Positions 30,113 to 41,591 are shown, counted from the stretch's first letter. The stretch: 64,000 bases of DNA from an uncultured Spirochaetota bacterium (GCA_963734495.1 CAVTHK010000011.1:64001-128000), one strand, 5' to 3'. The notes: generated by a model not told the origin, from the letters alone. Translations and numbers: made by a program.

Positions 30113-31071
30113 TGCAGCACCTTCCGGATGTACACGGGCATGAAGCCCGCGAGGATCAGCACGAGGAACATCGCGGTGGCCGCGCCCTCGCCGAAGTCGA
30201 AGAGCTTGAAGCTGAACTCGTAGGTGAGGATGGGCAGCACGCGCGTGCCGAAGCCTCCGCCGGTGAGCAGGAAGACGTCGTCGAACTTGTTGAATGTCCA
30301 CATCAGGCGGATGAGAAAGACAGTCCCGAGCACGGTCCGCACCTCGGGCAGCGTGATGTGCCAGAAGCAGGTCCACCGCCCCGCTCCGTCCACACCGGCG
30401 GCCTCGTAGAGCGTCGCGTCGATGGCCTGGAGGCGCGCGAGGATCATGAGCATCGCGAAGGGGAAGTAGCGCCAGCCTTCGATGAGCACGACGATGGGAA
30501 GAGCGAGCCCCTGCCTCCCGAGCCAGGGGACCGGCTCTTCGATGAGCCCGAGGGAGAGGAGCGCCCAGTTGACCACGCCGCGCACCGTCGGGTCGAGGAG
30601 CCACCTCCAGACGTAGGCGACCGAGATCAGCGGCGCGATGTAAGGGACGAGGAACACGGCGCGCGTGAGGCCGCGTCCGCGGAAACTGCGGTTCAGAAGC
30701 AGGCTCGCGCCCAGTCCGGCCATCACCGTCACGATCGTGCCCGAGACCGCGTACACGATCGAGGTCCGCAGGGCGTCGGGGAACGCGAAGTCCCGTGCGG
30801 CCCGCAGGTAGTTGTCGATGCCGACGAAACGGGCACGGAACACGTCGTTGAGGTTGTCGAGCCCGACCCTGTGGAGGCTGATCCACACGTTGAAGACGAC
30901 GGGAAAGATGACCAGGCCCACGACGATGGCGAACGTGGGCACGATCATCGCGTAGGCGAGGCGCGCCTCGCGCCGTTCCAGCAGCGTGCGTCTGTAGCGC
31001 ATGGCGATCCCTCGAGGCATGCGCGCGCCCCCGCCGCGGTCCTCGCGGGCGGGGGCGGCGGCCGCCTTCAC
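30106..31071 (-). CDS. Carbohydrate ABC permease (start uncertain)
   Basis: FVGIDNY, LYEAAGVDGA, ITLP. Confidence 0.9.
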   Translation of the reverse strand: MKAAAAPAREDRGGGARMPRGIAMRYRRTLLERREARLAYAMIVPTFAIVVGLVIFPVVFNVWISLHRVGLDNLNDVFRARFVGIDNYLRAARDFAFPDALRTSIVYAVSGTIVTVMAGLGASLLLNRSFRGRGLTRAVFLVPYIAPLISVAYVWRWLLDPTVRGVVNWALLSLGLIEEPVPWLGRQGLALPIVVLIEGWRYFPFAMLMILARLQAIDATLYEAAGVDGAGRWTCFWHITLPEVRTVLGTVFLIRLMWTFNKFDDVFLLTGGGFGTRVLPILTYEFSFKLFDFGEGAATAMFLVLILAGFMPVYIRKVLQW

Positions 31072-31073
31072 CT

Positions 31074-32447
31074 TTACTTCTTATCCGCCATCCGGGTCTT
31101 GTACAGCTCCTCGACGCGCTGCTGCAGCCAATCGGCTGCCTGCTGCGGGGTCATCTTGCCTTCGACGACGCTGCTGACGGCCTGCGGCACCAGCAGGCGG
31201 CCTTCGATGTCGCCGACGACCGCGCGCTCCACCGGGCCCATCTGCGGGGCGTAGGCCCAGCGCTGCATGCTGTTGTAGCCGTTCACGACCGTGTCGATGA
31301 CCGACTTCGGGTAGCGCTTGAAGATGTCGTGCTGCGACCAGGCGTCGACCGCGGTGGTGCGCACGGGGATCTTGCCGTTGGGCGCGAGGAACAGGATGTC
31401 GATGTAGTCCTGGCCCGTGAGCATGAACTTGAGCAGCCGCACGGAAGCGTCGGTGTCGGTCCCCTTGAAGATCGCCATGGGCACGAGCTGCCCGAAGGTG
31501 GCGCTGCCGCCGCGCCTGCCTTTCATGCTGGGCGCGAAGCCGGTGAGCTCGCCGAGGTTCCGGACCGTGGGCTCGACCCCCTTCTGCAGCCCGACGAGGT
31601 CGTCCATGACGTAGGTCGAGTACCAGAGCATGGCGGCCTGGCCGGTGATGTAGAACTGCCGCGCCTGCATCCAGTAGTTGGGCCCGGGCGCCGCGTACTT
31701 CTGCAGGCCCGTGTAGAAGGCCAGCGCCTCCACCATCTCGGGCGAGCTCATGGCCACCCTGCGGTCCTTGTCGAAGGGGAAGGCGCCGTTCGACATCGCC
31801 ACCTGCTCGAAGATCTGGTGCCCGTAGTTCTGGCCGGGGTCCGTCCCGAGGGTGAGGGCATAGAGGAAGCCGTCCCTGCCCTTGAGCGCCTCGGCGGCCT
31901 TCTGGATGTCGTCCCAGCTGATGGGCGCGGCCAGGCCCGCCTTCTGGAACGCGTCCGTGCGGTACCACAGGGCCTGGATCCAGCCGTCGAACGGGACGGC
32001 AGCGTACTTGCCGGCGCCGGTGCTGACCAGGTTGAGGACGCCCTTGTGGAAGGTGTTCTCGCCCAGCTCCTTGACCACGCGGGTGGCCGCGTCCACGTCG
32101 AGGATGCCGTCGGCGAGGAACGGCGCGACGCGCTCGATCCCCACGCGCGCGATGTCGGGGAGCCGGTTGGCGCCGCGGGCCGTGGCTATGCGCTGGCTCG
32201 TGGTCGCCTCGTCTATCGGGACGATGCGGACGTCGACATCGGGGTTCTGCGCCATAAAGTGGTCCGCCACTTTTTCGTAGGCGACGATGCGGTACTCTTC
32301 GTTGTCCGTGCTCCAGAGCTCGACCACGGTCTTCTTCGCGGCCGCGGTCTCGGAGACCGGCGAGGCCCGGAGCGGGACCGACGGCGCCGCCGCCAGCAGG
32401 GCCGCGATCGCGAGCGCTCCGATCCAGGGGAAGTGTTTGCGGGACAT
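31074..32447 (-). CDS. Carbohydrate ABC substrate-binding protein
   Basis: Signal peptide MSRKHFPWIGALAIAALL, LWYRTDAFQKAGL, MTPQQAA. Confidence 0.9.
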   Translation of the reverse strand: MSRKHFPWIGALAIAALLAAAPSVPLRASPVSETAAAKKTVVELWSTDNEEYRIVAYEKVADHFMAQNPDVDVRIVPIDEATTSQRIATARGANRLPDIARVGIERVAPFLADGILDVDAATRVVKELGENTFHKGVLNLVSTGAGKYAAVPFDGWIQALWYRTDAFQKAGLAAPISWDDIQKAAEALKGRDGFLYALTLGTDPGQNYGHQIFEQVAMSNGAFPFDKDRRVAMSSPEMVEALAFYTGLQKYAAPGPNYWMQARQFYITGQAAMLWYSTYVMDDLVGLQKGVEPTVRNLGELTGFAPSMKGRRGGSATFGQLVPMAIFKGTDTDASVRLLKFMLTGQDYIDILFLAPNGKIPVRTTAVDAWSQHDIFKRYPKSVIDTVVNGYNSMQRWAYAPQMGPVERAVVGDIEGRLLVPQAVSSVVEGKMTPQQAADWLQQRVEELYKTRMADKK

Positions 32448-32615
32448 GTTCCTCTCTCCTTGTGTGTGGCTGCCCGGGCGCAACGCCATCCGTGGCGCGC
32501 CCCGGGCCCGGTCGATCCATCGACCTTGCGATGCGTGAGTCCTCTCGTTTGCGTCCACCTCCCTTCGCGCGCCTTGCGGCGGACCGCCGGATGCGCGCTC
32601 GCGCTTTGTCCCGGC

Positions 32616-33665
32616 CTACCCCCCGGTCGAGGCCCGCACGACGAGCTCCGGCATGATGATGATCTCGCGCTCCTCCAGCGGCTCGTCCCTGATGATCGCC
32701 GCGAGCATCCGCACCACCCGGCGCGCCGTGTCGTAGGTCGGCTGCCTGAGCGTCGTGAGCGGAGGCTGGGTATGCGCCGAGTCCTCCGTGCCGTCGTAGC
32801 CCGCCACGGCGACGTCCACGCCGGTCCTCAGGCCCTTCTCGTGAACGGCCCGCATCGCGCCGATCGCGGTGAGATCGTTGACGCCGAGGATCGCCGTCGG
32901 AGGCTCCGGGAGGGCGAGGAGGCGCCGCGCCGCCTCGTAGCCGCCGTCGCGGGTCAGGTCGCCGGACGCGACCCACGACTCGTTGGGCTCCAGCCCGGCC
33001 GCGGTCAGGCCGTCGCGGTAGCCGGCGTGGCGCTCGGCCTCCAGCGTGATCCCTTTCGGCGCTCCGATGTAGGCGATGCGGCGGTGGCCCCGGGCTGCGA
33101 GGTGCGCCACCAGCCGCGCGAACGCGCCGCGGGAATCCATGTCGATAAAAGGGAACTGGCCGCGGTGCGCCGTGCGCCCGTTCGCGACGAATGGGAGGCC
33201 GCTCTTGAGCAGATAGCTCACCCGCCAGTCGCGCAGCCTCATGCGGTTCAGGATCATGCCGTCGACCAGGCGGCTGCAGATCCAGCGGGCGTAGAGCTTC
33301 TGCTCGGCCGGCGTATCCGGCTGCGCCTTGGAGACCAGCAGGTCGAAGCCCTGCGCCGTGACCTCGTCGCCGAGCCCCGCGATGAACTCCGAGAAGAAGG
33401 GGTCGGAGAAGCGGCCGCCGCTCGCGGGCAGGATGTAGCCGATGACGTCGGCGCGCCTGCGGCGCAGACCGCGAGCGGCGCTGCTCGGCGCGTAGCCCAT
33501 TTCGGCCGCGGCCTGCACCACGCGCTCGCGCGTCGCCTCTGCGACGTCGTCGTAGCCGTCGAGCGCGCGTGAGACCGTGGTGATGGAGAGCTCGAGCCGC
33601 GCCGCGACGTCGCGGATCGTGACCGACGGCCGCGGTCCGGGGACCCGCGCCCGTTTGCCGCCCAT
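32616..33665 (-). CDS. LacI-family transcriptional regulator
   Basis: TIRDVAARLELSITTVSRALDG, PTAILGVND, GYDG, PPLTT. Confidence 0.93.
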   Translation of the reverse strand: MGGKRARVPGPRPSVTIRDVAARLELSITTVSRALDGYDDVAEATRERVVQAAAEMGYAPSSAARGLRRRRADVIGYILPASGGRFSDPFFSEFIAGLGDEVTAQGFDLLVSKAQPDTPAEQKLYARWICSRLVDGMILNRMRLRDWRVSYLLKSGLPFVANGRTAHRGQFPFIDMDSRGAFARLVAHLAARGHRRIAYIGAPKGITLEAERHAGYRDGLTAAGLEPNESWVASGDLTRDGGYEAARRLLALPEPPTAILGVNDLTAIGAMRAVHEKGLRTGVDVAVAGYDGTEDSAHTQPPLTTLRQPTYDTARRVVRMLAAIIRDEPLEEREIIIMPELVVRASTGG

Positions 33666-33717
33666 CGCCGTCCCTTTGACGCTGTGGGACGTCCGCCCCC
33701 GGCGCTTCTTGTTTGCA

Positions 33718-33733
33718 GCCAAAACGTTTTGGC
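33718..33733. promoter_or_regulatory. LacI-family operator (perfect 16-bp palindrome)
   Basis: GCCAAAACGTTTTGGC with central CG, upstream of the lacI-led operon and downstream of a - strand TTGACA (33772-33767). Confidence 0.75.
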
Positions 33734-33927
33734 CCCCACTGACAGGATCGCGCACGGGAAACCCGTTGTCAACCCGCGCCTCCCGGCCGATCCAGGCCGA
33801 TCCCGGCCGCGCCTCCCGGCCCCTCCGAGCTCGCGCCTGCCGGCGCTTGCGGTGCGCTTGCCGCAGCCCGCCGCAGACCGCCCGCGCGCCCCCCGACGCA
33901 GCCCGCCGCAGCGCGTCGCGCGAGAGC

Positions 33928-33955
33928 TTGACAGCTCCCACCCCTTTCCTAGACT
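33928..33955 (+). promoter_or_regulatory. Sigma70-type promoter of the kinase-HAD operon
   Basis: TTGACA-N16-TAGACT, 11 nt before ATG 33967, no SD. Confidence 0.65.
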
Positions 33956-33966
33956 GACCGTCTGGT

Positions 33967-35892
33967 ATGGAGATTCTCAAGGGCCGCGGGCTCGCGGAGC
34001 TGCTCGAGCGCGTGCGCGGAGCGCGCCTGGCGATCGTCGGAGATTTCTGCCTGGACGCGTATCTCATCCTCGACCAGTCGCGCGCGGAGGTCTCGATCGA
34101 GACCGGCCTGGAGACGCGGGCCGTCCGTGAGCATCGCTATTCCCCGGGCGGCGCGGGCAACGTCGCGGCCAACTGCGCGGCGCTGGGAGTCGCCACGGTC
34201 CACGCCTTTGGGGTCGTCGGGCCCGATCTCTACGGCGTCGAGATTCGCAGGCAGCTCGAAGCGATGGGCGTCCGGACCGGAGCGCTGCTGGTGCAGCGGG
34301 AAGGCTGGAGCACCCACGTCTACACCAAGGCGATCCAGGGCGACGCCGAGCTCAACCGGGTCGACTTCGGGAACTTCAACGGCCTTGCCCCCGAAACGGG
34401 GACTGCCCTGCTCGGCCGCCTCGAAGCGATGCTGACCGAGCTGGACTGCGTCATCATCAACCAGCAGGTGCGCTGGGGCATCCAGACCGACGAGTTCCGC
34501 CGCGGCCTCGTGGAACTGGTCGCGCGCCACCCCGCCCGCGTCTTTGTCACCGATTCCCGCTCCTACGACGAGGAGTTCGCGGGGACGATCCGCAAGCTCA
34601 ACGACCGGGAGGCGGTCTCGATCTGCGGAGGGCAGGTGGCGGCCGACGGCGCCGTTTCCGGCTCAGCGGCGCGCGAGGCCGCGACGGAGCTTTACCGGCG
34701 GTGGGCGAAGCCCGTGGTGCTCACGCGGGGCGAGCACGGCTGCCTGGTCGTGGACGAACATGGCGTCCACGAGGTGCCGGGGATTCTGATCCTCTCTCGC
34801 GTCGACACCGTCGGCGCGGGCGACAGCCTGCTCGCGGGCTTTGCCGCGGCGCTGGCCGCCGGCGAGCCGCCGGCCGCGGCCGCGCAGCTCGGCAACTACA
34901 TGGCCGCGGTCACGGTGACCAAGCTCAACGTGACGGGCACCGCTTCGCCCGAGGAGATCCTCGCGGTCGGCTCCGACCCTGACTTCCGCTACCGGCCCGA
35001 GCTCGCCCGCTCGCCCCTGCGCGCCCGCTACGCCCCCGGGTCGGACGTCGAGATTGTCTCTTTCGAGCGGCCCCCGTCGCGCATCACCCACGCGATCTTC
35101 GACCACGACGGCACCATCTCGACGCTCCGGCAGGGCTGGGAGCAGATCATGGAGCCGATGATGATCCGCGCCGTGCTCGGCGACGGCCTCCACACGTGCG
35201 AGCAGTCGCGTCTCGACGCTGTCCGCGACGCGGTGCGCTGGTTCATCGACCGGACCACGGGCGTGCAGACCCTGGCGCAGATGAAGGGACTGATCGACCT
35301 CGTGCGCGACTTCGGCTTCGTGCCGGCGGAGCGCGTCCTCGACGAGCACGGGTACAAGGCGCTCTACAACCGCGAGCTCCTGGACATGGTGCGCCACCGC
35401 ACGGACACCCTCGCCAGGGGCGAGCTCGATGTCGCGGACTTCTCGATCAAGGGCGCCCCGGCTTTCGCGCGCGCGCTGGCTGAGAGAGGCGTCAAGCTCT
35501 ACCTCGCCAGCGGGACGGACCAGTCCGACGTCGAGGCGGAGGCGGAGGCGCTCGGCTACGCGGCGCTGTTCGAGGGCAGGATCTACGGCGCCGTCGGCGA
35601 CCTCTCCCACGAGCCGAAGCGGGAGGTGCTCGTCCGTATCCTCAAGGAGATCGGCGCCGGGGCGCGGGCCGCGCTCGTGACGTTCGGCGACGGTCCGGTG
35701 GAGCTGCGCGAGACCGTCAAGCGCGGAGGCCTGGCCGTGGGCGTCGCGAGCGACGAGCAGCGCCGCTGGGGCTGGAACATGCGCAAGCGCCAGCGGCTGA
35801 TCGAGGCGGGCGCGGCTCTGCTCGTGCCCGACTTTTGCCAGACGCGGGCCCTGCTGGCTCTGCTCGGCTTTGGCGACGGGGGCGCAGCGTGA
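33967..35892 (+). CDS. PfkB kinase (HldE/RfaE domain I-like) fused to a HAD hydrolase
   Basis: VGDFCLDAY, PGGAGNVAAN, LTRGEHG, DTVGAGD; then IFDHDGTIS, LASGT, FGDGPVE. Confidence 0.85.
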   Translation: MEILKGRGLAELLERVRGARLAIVGDFCLDAYLILDQSRAEVSIETGLETRAVREHRYSPGGAGNVAANCAALGVATVHAFGVVGPDLYGVEIRRQLEAMGVRTGALLVQREGWSTHVYTKAIQGDAELNRVDFGNFNGLAPETGTALLGRLEAMLTELDCVIINQQVRWGIQTDEFRRGLVELVARHPARVFVTDSRSYDEEFAGTIRKLNDREAVSICGGQVAADGAVSGSAAREAATELYRRWAKPVVLTRGEHGCLVVDEHGVHEVPGILILSRVDTVGAGDSLLAGFAAALAAGEPPAAAAQLGNYMAAVTVTKLNVTGTASPEEILAVGSDPDFRYRPELARSPLRARYAPGSDVEIVSFERPPSRITHAIFDHDGTISTLRQGWEQIMEPMMIRAVLGDGLHTCEQSRLDAVRDAVRWFIDRTTGVQTLAQMKGLIDLVRDFGFVPAERVLDEHGYKALYNRELLDMVRHRTDTLARGELDVADFSIKGAPAFARALAERGVKLYLASGTDQSDVEAEAEALGYAALFEGRIYGAVGDLSHEPKREVLVRILKEIGAGARAALVTFGDGPVELRETVKRGGLAVGVASDEQRRWGWNMRKRQRLIEAGAALLVPDFCQTRALLALLGFGDGGAA

Positions 35893-36983
35893 TCGACCGC
35901 GGGGCCCTGCGCTTCCGCCCGCTCGCCGAGCGCGCGAACCGCGTGAGCGTGCTGCGCGACCTCGTGCGGCCGGGTGACGCGCCGCGGGCGCTGTCGCGCG
36001 CCGCGGCCCAAGCGGCGGCCGCGGCAGCCGGCGACCTGCGGAAGGCGCGGGCGGCGGGCCGCGCCCGCGTCATGGCGTTCGGCGCGCACGCGATCAAGAA
36101 CGGCCTCGCGCCCGTGCTGATCCGGCTCATCGAGAGAGGCTGGCTCACGCACCTGGCCACCAACGGCGCGGGCATCATCCACGACTGGGAGCTCGCCTAC
36201 ACGGGCGAGACCAGCGAGGACGTGCGGGCGAACGTGGCGCGCGGCGAGTTCGGCATGTGGGAGGAGACCGGCCGCTTCCTGAACCTCGCGATCGACGTGG
36301 GCGCGTACGCCGGCCTCGGCTACGGCGAATCCGTCGGCGCGTTGATCAGCCGCGACGGCCTCGAGATCCCCGCGGCCGCGGACCTGGAGCGCGCGGCCCG
36401 GCGCGCCGCGGACGACCCCGACGCGGCCGCGCGGGCCGCGGATCTCCTCGGCGTCGTGAGGCGCTTCGGGCTCGCTGCCGGCCGCCTCACGGTCGCGCAC
36501 AGCCACCCGGAAGTGAGTGTGGCGGCAGCGGCGTTCCGGCTCGGAGTCCCGTTCACCGGCCACCCGATGTTCGGCCACGACATCATCTACGCGCACCCGA
36601 TGAACCACGGCGCGTCGATCGGCCGCACCGCGGAGCGCGACTTCCTGCGCTTCGCCGCGAGCGTCGCCGGCCTCGGCAACGGCGGGGTCTACCTTTCGGT
36701 CGGTTCCGCCGTGATGTCGCCGATGGTCTTCGAGAAGTCGCTGTCGATGGCGCGCAACCTGGCCGCGAAGACCGGGGCGACGGTCGATGGCCAGAGCATG
36801 TACGTCGTCGACCTGCAGGAGTCGACGTGGGACTGGGGCGCGGAAGGAGAGCCGCCTCCCGACAACCCCGCGTACTACCTGCGGTTCTGCAAGACCTTCA
36901 GCCGCATGGGCGGCCGGATGGTGCCGGTAGCAGCGGACAACCGCGACTTCTTGCTTGCCCTCCTGTCTGCTCTGGAAACGTAA
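35889..36983 (+). CDS. Conserved protein, deoxyhypusine-synthase-like fold
   Basis: GAHAIKNGL, LATNGAGIIHDWE, GEFGMWEETG, GHDIIY, SVGSAVMSPMVFEK; GTGA coupling to the upstream gene. Confidence 0.7.
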   Translation: MIDRGALRFRPLAERANRVSVLRDLVRPGDAPRALSRAAAQAAAAAAGDLRKARAAGRARVMAFGAHAIKNGLAPVLIRLIERGWLTHLATNGAGIIHDWELAYTGETSEDVRANVARGEFGMWEETGRFLNLAIDVGAYAGLGYGESVGALISRDGLEIPAAADLERAARRAADDPDAAARAADLLGVVRRFGLAAGRLTVAHSHPEVSVAAAAFRLGVPFTGHPMFGHDIIYAHPMNHGASIGRTAERDFLRFAASVAGLGNGGVYLSVGSAVMSPMVFEKSLSMARNLAAKTGATVDGQSMYVVDLQESTWDWGAEGEPPPDNPAYYLRFCKTFSRMGGRMVPVAADNRDFLLALLSALET

Positions 36984-37108
36984 GGCCTGCGGCGCATAGG
37001 AGGGCTTGCCCTCCTGTCTGCTCTTGAAACGTAAGGCCTGCGGCGCATAGGAGGGTTGGCCCTCCTGTCAGCTCTTGAGGCGTAGGGCCTGCCGCGCGTA
37101 AGGAGGCC
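36954..37108. repeat. Three tandem ~51-bp repeats with palindromic ends
   Basis: Unit cttgccctcctgtctgctctggaaacgtaaggcctgcggcgcataggaggg at 36954, 37005 (1 mismatch) and 37056 (degenerate). Confidence 0.9.
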
Positions 37109-37222
37109 TCGCCGCTCCGGAGCCCGGGCGGGCCGCGGGGACCTTCTTCTCCACTATTCCTTGATTGTCCGGCTCAGACCCGCGTATCATGCCGCCGACG
37201 CTTCGGCGAAAAGGAGGATGCG

Positions 37223-37864
37223 ATGACGGCGGTCGAGCAGTGGCACAACGAGGCGGTGGGCAGGCGCGCCTGCGAGGCGCTCAGGAAGAACGGTTTCGAC
37301 GCCCGGTACGTCGCGACGGGACGCGAAGCGCTCGAGAATGTCGCGGGATTCATGAAACCTAAAATGAAGGTGGGCTTCGGCGGGTCAATGACCGTCGCGG
37401 CGATCGGCGCGCCCGCGAAGGCCAAAGAGCTCGGGGCCGAGGTGCTCGATCACAACGCACCGGGCCTCGACGCGGCGCGCAAGCTCGAGATCAGGCGCGC
37501 GCAGCTCACGTGCGACCTGTTCGTCGCGAGCTCGAACGCGGTGACGCTCGAGGGCGACATCGTCAACGTGGACGGCGCGGGCAACCGGGTTGCCGCGCTG
37601 ACGTTCGGCCCGAAGAAGACGGTGGTCGTGGTGGGGGCCAACAAGATCGTGCGGGACCTCGACGAGGCGTTCACCCGCCTGGAGACCGTCGCCTCGCCGA
37701 TGAACAACAAGCGGCTGAATCAGCCGAACCCCTGCGTCAAGAGCGGCCAGTGCGAGGACTGCGAAGGCGACACGCGCATCTGCCGGGTCTACCAGATCCT
37801 GCGGCGGCGGCCGTCGCTCGCCGATTTCACCGTCATTGTGGTGGGCGAGCCTCTGGGGTACTGA
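37223..37864 (+). CDS. LUD-domain (lactate utilization LutC/YkgG-like) protein
   Basis: GFGGSMT, SSNAVT, NVDGAGNRVAA, GANKIV, Cys cluster PCVKSGQCEDC...RIC; SD AGGAGG. Confidence 0.85.
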   Translation: MTAVEQWHNEAVGRRACEALRKNGFDARYVATGREALENVAGFMKPKMKVGFGGSMTVAAIGAPAKAKELGAEVLDHNAPGLDAARKLEIRRAQLTCDLFVASSNAVTLEGDIVNVDGAGNRVAALTFGPKKTVVVVGANKIVRDLDEAFTRLETVASPMNNKRLNQPNPCVKSGQCEDCEGDTRICRVYQILRRRPSLADFTVIVVGEPLGY

Positions 37865-37913
37865 GCGGGGCCGGGCTTTGGGCCCGTGCCTTGGGGTGGC
37901 ACGTTCTCGAAGC

Positions 37914-38387
37914 CTACGCGATCACGAGCCCGCGGATGCCGAGGACGAGCCCGACGCCCAGGCCGTACGCCACGTGGCCCGCGAGGTGCACGACCGCCAC
38001 GGCGAACCCCGCCTCACGGAACCGTTCCACGGGGTGGCGCTCCGCCACGGCGACCACCAGGATGAAGCTCATCACGAAGCCGTGAACGAACCCCAGCAGC
38101 GTCGCGGCGACGACGGTGAGCCAGAAGCCCTCCACGGAGAGGAAGCCGAGAACGAGCGTGTACAGCACGGCGAACACGACGCCGCCGGTGGCGTAGAGCG
38201 TCCCTCCCACGAGGAGAGCCCTGTCGAGCGAGCCGGTGAACACGCTTCCGATCGCCCTCACCATGTCCGCGTTGGCCATCCCGCTCCTGGTGGCCAGGCT
38301 CATCAGGAGCGTCATCGCCCCCGTCCCGACCAGCCCCGCAAGCAGGACCGTCACCAGGAAACGAACGACCAGGACGCCTTGGTCCAT
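37914..38387 (-). CDS. Hypothetical four-TM membrane protein
   Basis: Four hydrophobic segments, HLAGHVAYG; SD GGAGG. Confidence 0.75.
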   Translation of the reverse strand: MDQGVLVVRFLVTVLLAGLVGTGAMTLLMSLATRSGMANADMVRAIGSVFTGSLDRALLVGGTLYATGGVVFAVLYTLVLGFLSVEGFWLTVVAATLLGFVHGFVMSFILVVAVAERHPVERFREAGFAVAVVHLAGHVAYGLGVGLVLGIRGLVIA

Positions 38388-38513
38388 CCGGCACCTCCCT
38401 GCCGCGGCGATCGGGACGCCGCGGCCCGCCCGGCCCTCACCTCCCTTTCTTCGCTGTCACGCGGGCATCGGATCTCTTGACGACCGCTGCCTCGCGACGC
38501 GACTGTAAAATGT

Positions 38514-39504
<991 letters not shown>

Positions 39505-39544
39505 GGCGGGGCGCCCCGGCGCGGCCCCGCGCCAAGGCTCGCGC

Positions 39545-40774
39545 TCAGCGGGCGAGCCACCGGCCGAGCCACGCGAACGCTTCCTCCTGCATCGGAACGT
39601 CGAACTTGTGCGGTCCGTCGTAGAAGGACATGTTGAAGGCATCCCTCGCGCCGGCCTTTGCGTAGCACCGCTCGAGGATCGCCTGCGCGCGGCGCGCCTC
39701 CTCCAGCGTGAACAGCGGGTCCTGCGTCGTCTGCAGCACCAGGGCGGGCGCGGGCATGTGCAGGCTGAGCAGCTCGGGGTAGTCGAGCAGGCGGGTGAGG
39801 CGCGGCACGTAGACCATCCAGGTGTGGGTGTGGCAGACATTCAGCACGAAGTCGCGCCACGTCGTCATGAAGCCCGCCGTGACGGAGCAGCGGATGCGAT
39901 CGTCCACGGCAGCGAGCAGGTTGGTGCGGAGCCCGCCGCCGGAGAGGCCGCAGCAGCCGACGCGGCGCGCGTCGACGTCGGGCCGCGAGCAGAGCCAGGC
40001 GAGCGCGGCGCGGTCCTCGGCGAGGAAGACGCCGGGCCACGACATGCCCGCGGAGAAGAGCGATTTCGCCACGATGTCCTCGTGACGGCGGGCAAAGGCG
40101 TCGTAGGCGGCGATCTCTTCCGTGGTCTCCCGCGGCGAGACGTCGGCCACCGGCGAGGCCGCGGCGGCATCGGCGGGATCGAGCTCCTTTGCGGCGAGCG
40201 GGGGGCTCATCATGCGCTCGACGACGAGGGCCGGAAGCTGCGACGGCTCGACCCTGCGGCTGCCGAACAGGAACGCGTCGTGCGCCAGCACGGCGAAGCC
40301 GCGCAGCGCGAGCTCGTTCACCCAGGCCCGGCCGCCGTAGTAATGGGCCTGGTGGGCGACGATCATCTCGTGCTGCGGGGCGTCCGTGCGCGTGATCTTC
40401 TGATGGCCGAAGTACTTGGCCCCGCCGTGATCGTGCAGCGCGAGCACCGCGGGCAGAGGACCGGAGACGCCGGCCGGCTTCAAGAACACCGCTCGCGTGG
40501 GCGGCCCGTACGCGAGCGTCCATTCGAGCTCCTCGCCCTCGAGCCCGTCGGCGCGGAAGCGGCGGAGGACGCGGGCCTCGCGCGGCGCCGCCGCCGGCGG
40601 CCCCGCGAGCAGATCGGCGAGCCGTTCGCGCGCCGCCTGCTTCCACTCATCGACGGTCCTCCACCGCTCGTTGCGGAACGAGAGCGGCCCCGGGCGCTCG
40701 AGCGAGCTCTCCTCCAGCATGGCGGCGGCCCACGGTCCGTAGGGACCGATCATGTTGAGGGGGACGGTCGGCAT
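39545..40774 (-). CDS. Alpha/beta hydrolase (dienelactone hydrolase/acetylxylan esterase-like)
   Basis: [46 protein letters not shown]. Confidence 0.8.
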   Translation of the reverse strand: MPTVPLNMIGPYGPWAAAMLEESSLERPGPLSFRNERWRTVDEWKQAARERLADLLAGPPAAAPREARVLRRFRADGLEGEELEWTLAYGPPTRAVFLKPAGVSGPLPAVLALHDHGGAKYFGHQKITRTDAPQHEMIVAHQAHYYGGRAWVNELALRGFAVLAHDAFLFGSRRVEPSQLPALVVERMMSPPLAAKELDPADAAAASPVADVSPRETTEEIAAYDAFARRHEDIVAKSLFSAGMSWPGVFLAEDRAALAWLCSRPDVDARRVGCCGLSGGGLRTNLLAAVDDRIRCSVTAGFMTTWRDFVLNVCHTHTWMVYVPRLTRLLDYPELLSLHMPAPALVLQTTQDPLFTLEEARRAQAILERCYAKAGARDAFNMSFYDGPHKFDVPMQEEAFAWLGRWLAR

Positions 40775-40803
40775 GGCTCCTCCTTGCGTGCGTCGCGATC
40801 CGG

Positions 40804-41445
40804 TCACGGGAAAAGCGCCTCTTCCACCTCGGCGCAGAGGGCGTGATAGACCGGGAGGTGAAGCTCCTGGACGCGCATCGTCTCGCGGGCCGGCACGCAG
40901 ATCGCGATGTCGACGAGCCCGCGCAGCTTTCCCCCGGATGCGCCGGTGAGGCCGATGGTGGCGATTCCGGCGGCGCGCGCCGCGGCCGCGGCCGCGGCGA
41001 CGTTCCGCGCGTTGCCCGACGTGCTGATGCCGATGAGCATGTCGCCCCTGCGGCCGTAGGCGAGGACCTGCTGAGCGAAGACGTACTCCGGGTTCACGTC
41101 GTTCGCGAACGCCGTGAGGAGAGCAGGGTGCGCCGCGAGGCTGATCGCGGGAAGCCCGCCCTGCAAAGCCTCGGCCAGCGCGCGTCCTTCGCCGGGGAGG
41201 GCGCGCTCGATCGCCTCGCGGAGCGCGGCCGGAAGCGGCCGCTTCTTGAGGAAGCCTTTGACCAGCTCGCCCGCGATGTGGTCGCAGTCCGCGCAGCTTC
41301 CGCCGTTGCCGCACAGAAGGAGCTTGCCGCCCGCCGTGAAGCCCGCGATGAGAGCCCGTGCCGCCTGCCCGATCGCCGCGCGGCAGGTTTCGAGCGCGGG
41401 GTAGGCCGCCATCAGTGCCTCGATGTGAGAGAGCTTGTCCGCCAT
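40804..41445 (-). CDS. gmhA: SIS-domain phosphosugar isomerase, sedoheptulose-7-phosphate isomerase-like
   Basis: CGNGGSCAD..HIAGEL, FAND, ISTSGNA, VQELH..VYHALC. Confidence 0.85.
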   Translation of the reverse strand: MADKLSHIEALMAAYPALETCRAAIGQAARALIAGFTAGGKLLLCGNGGSCADCDHIAGELVKGFLKKRPLPAALREAIERALPGEGRALAEALQGGLPAISLAAHPALLTAFANDVNPEYVFAQQVLAYGRRGDMLIGISTSGNARNVAAAAAAARAAGIATIGLTGASGGKLRGLVDIAICVPARETMRVQELHLPVYHALCAEVEEALFP

Positions 41446-41591
41446 AGGCCCGCTCCTCGAGCGCGGACCGCGTGCCGCGCCCTCGATCCTTGTACCACGG
41501 GACGGCGAGCCAGAGAAAGAGTTGTCGGCGCCGCGGCCCCCTCCCGGAGAGCGGGCTTGCCGCTCCGCCGCCAAGGAGATATAGCTTGACC

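Noticed and set aside
36954-37108. Possible CRISPR array
   Set aside because: The units are contiguous with no unique spacers, and there are no cas genes in the window.
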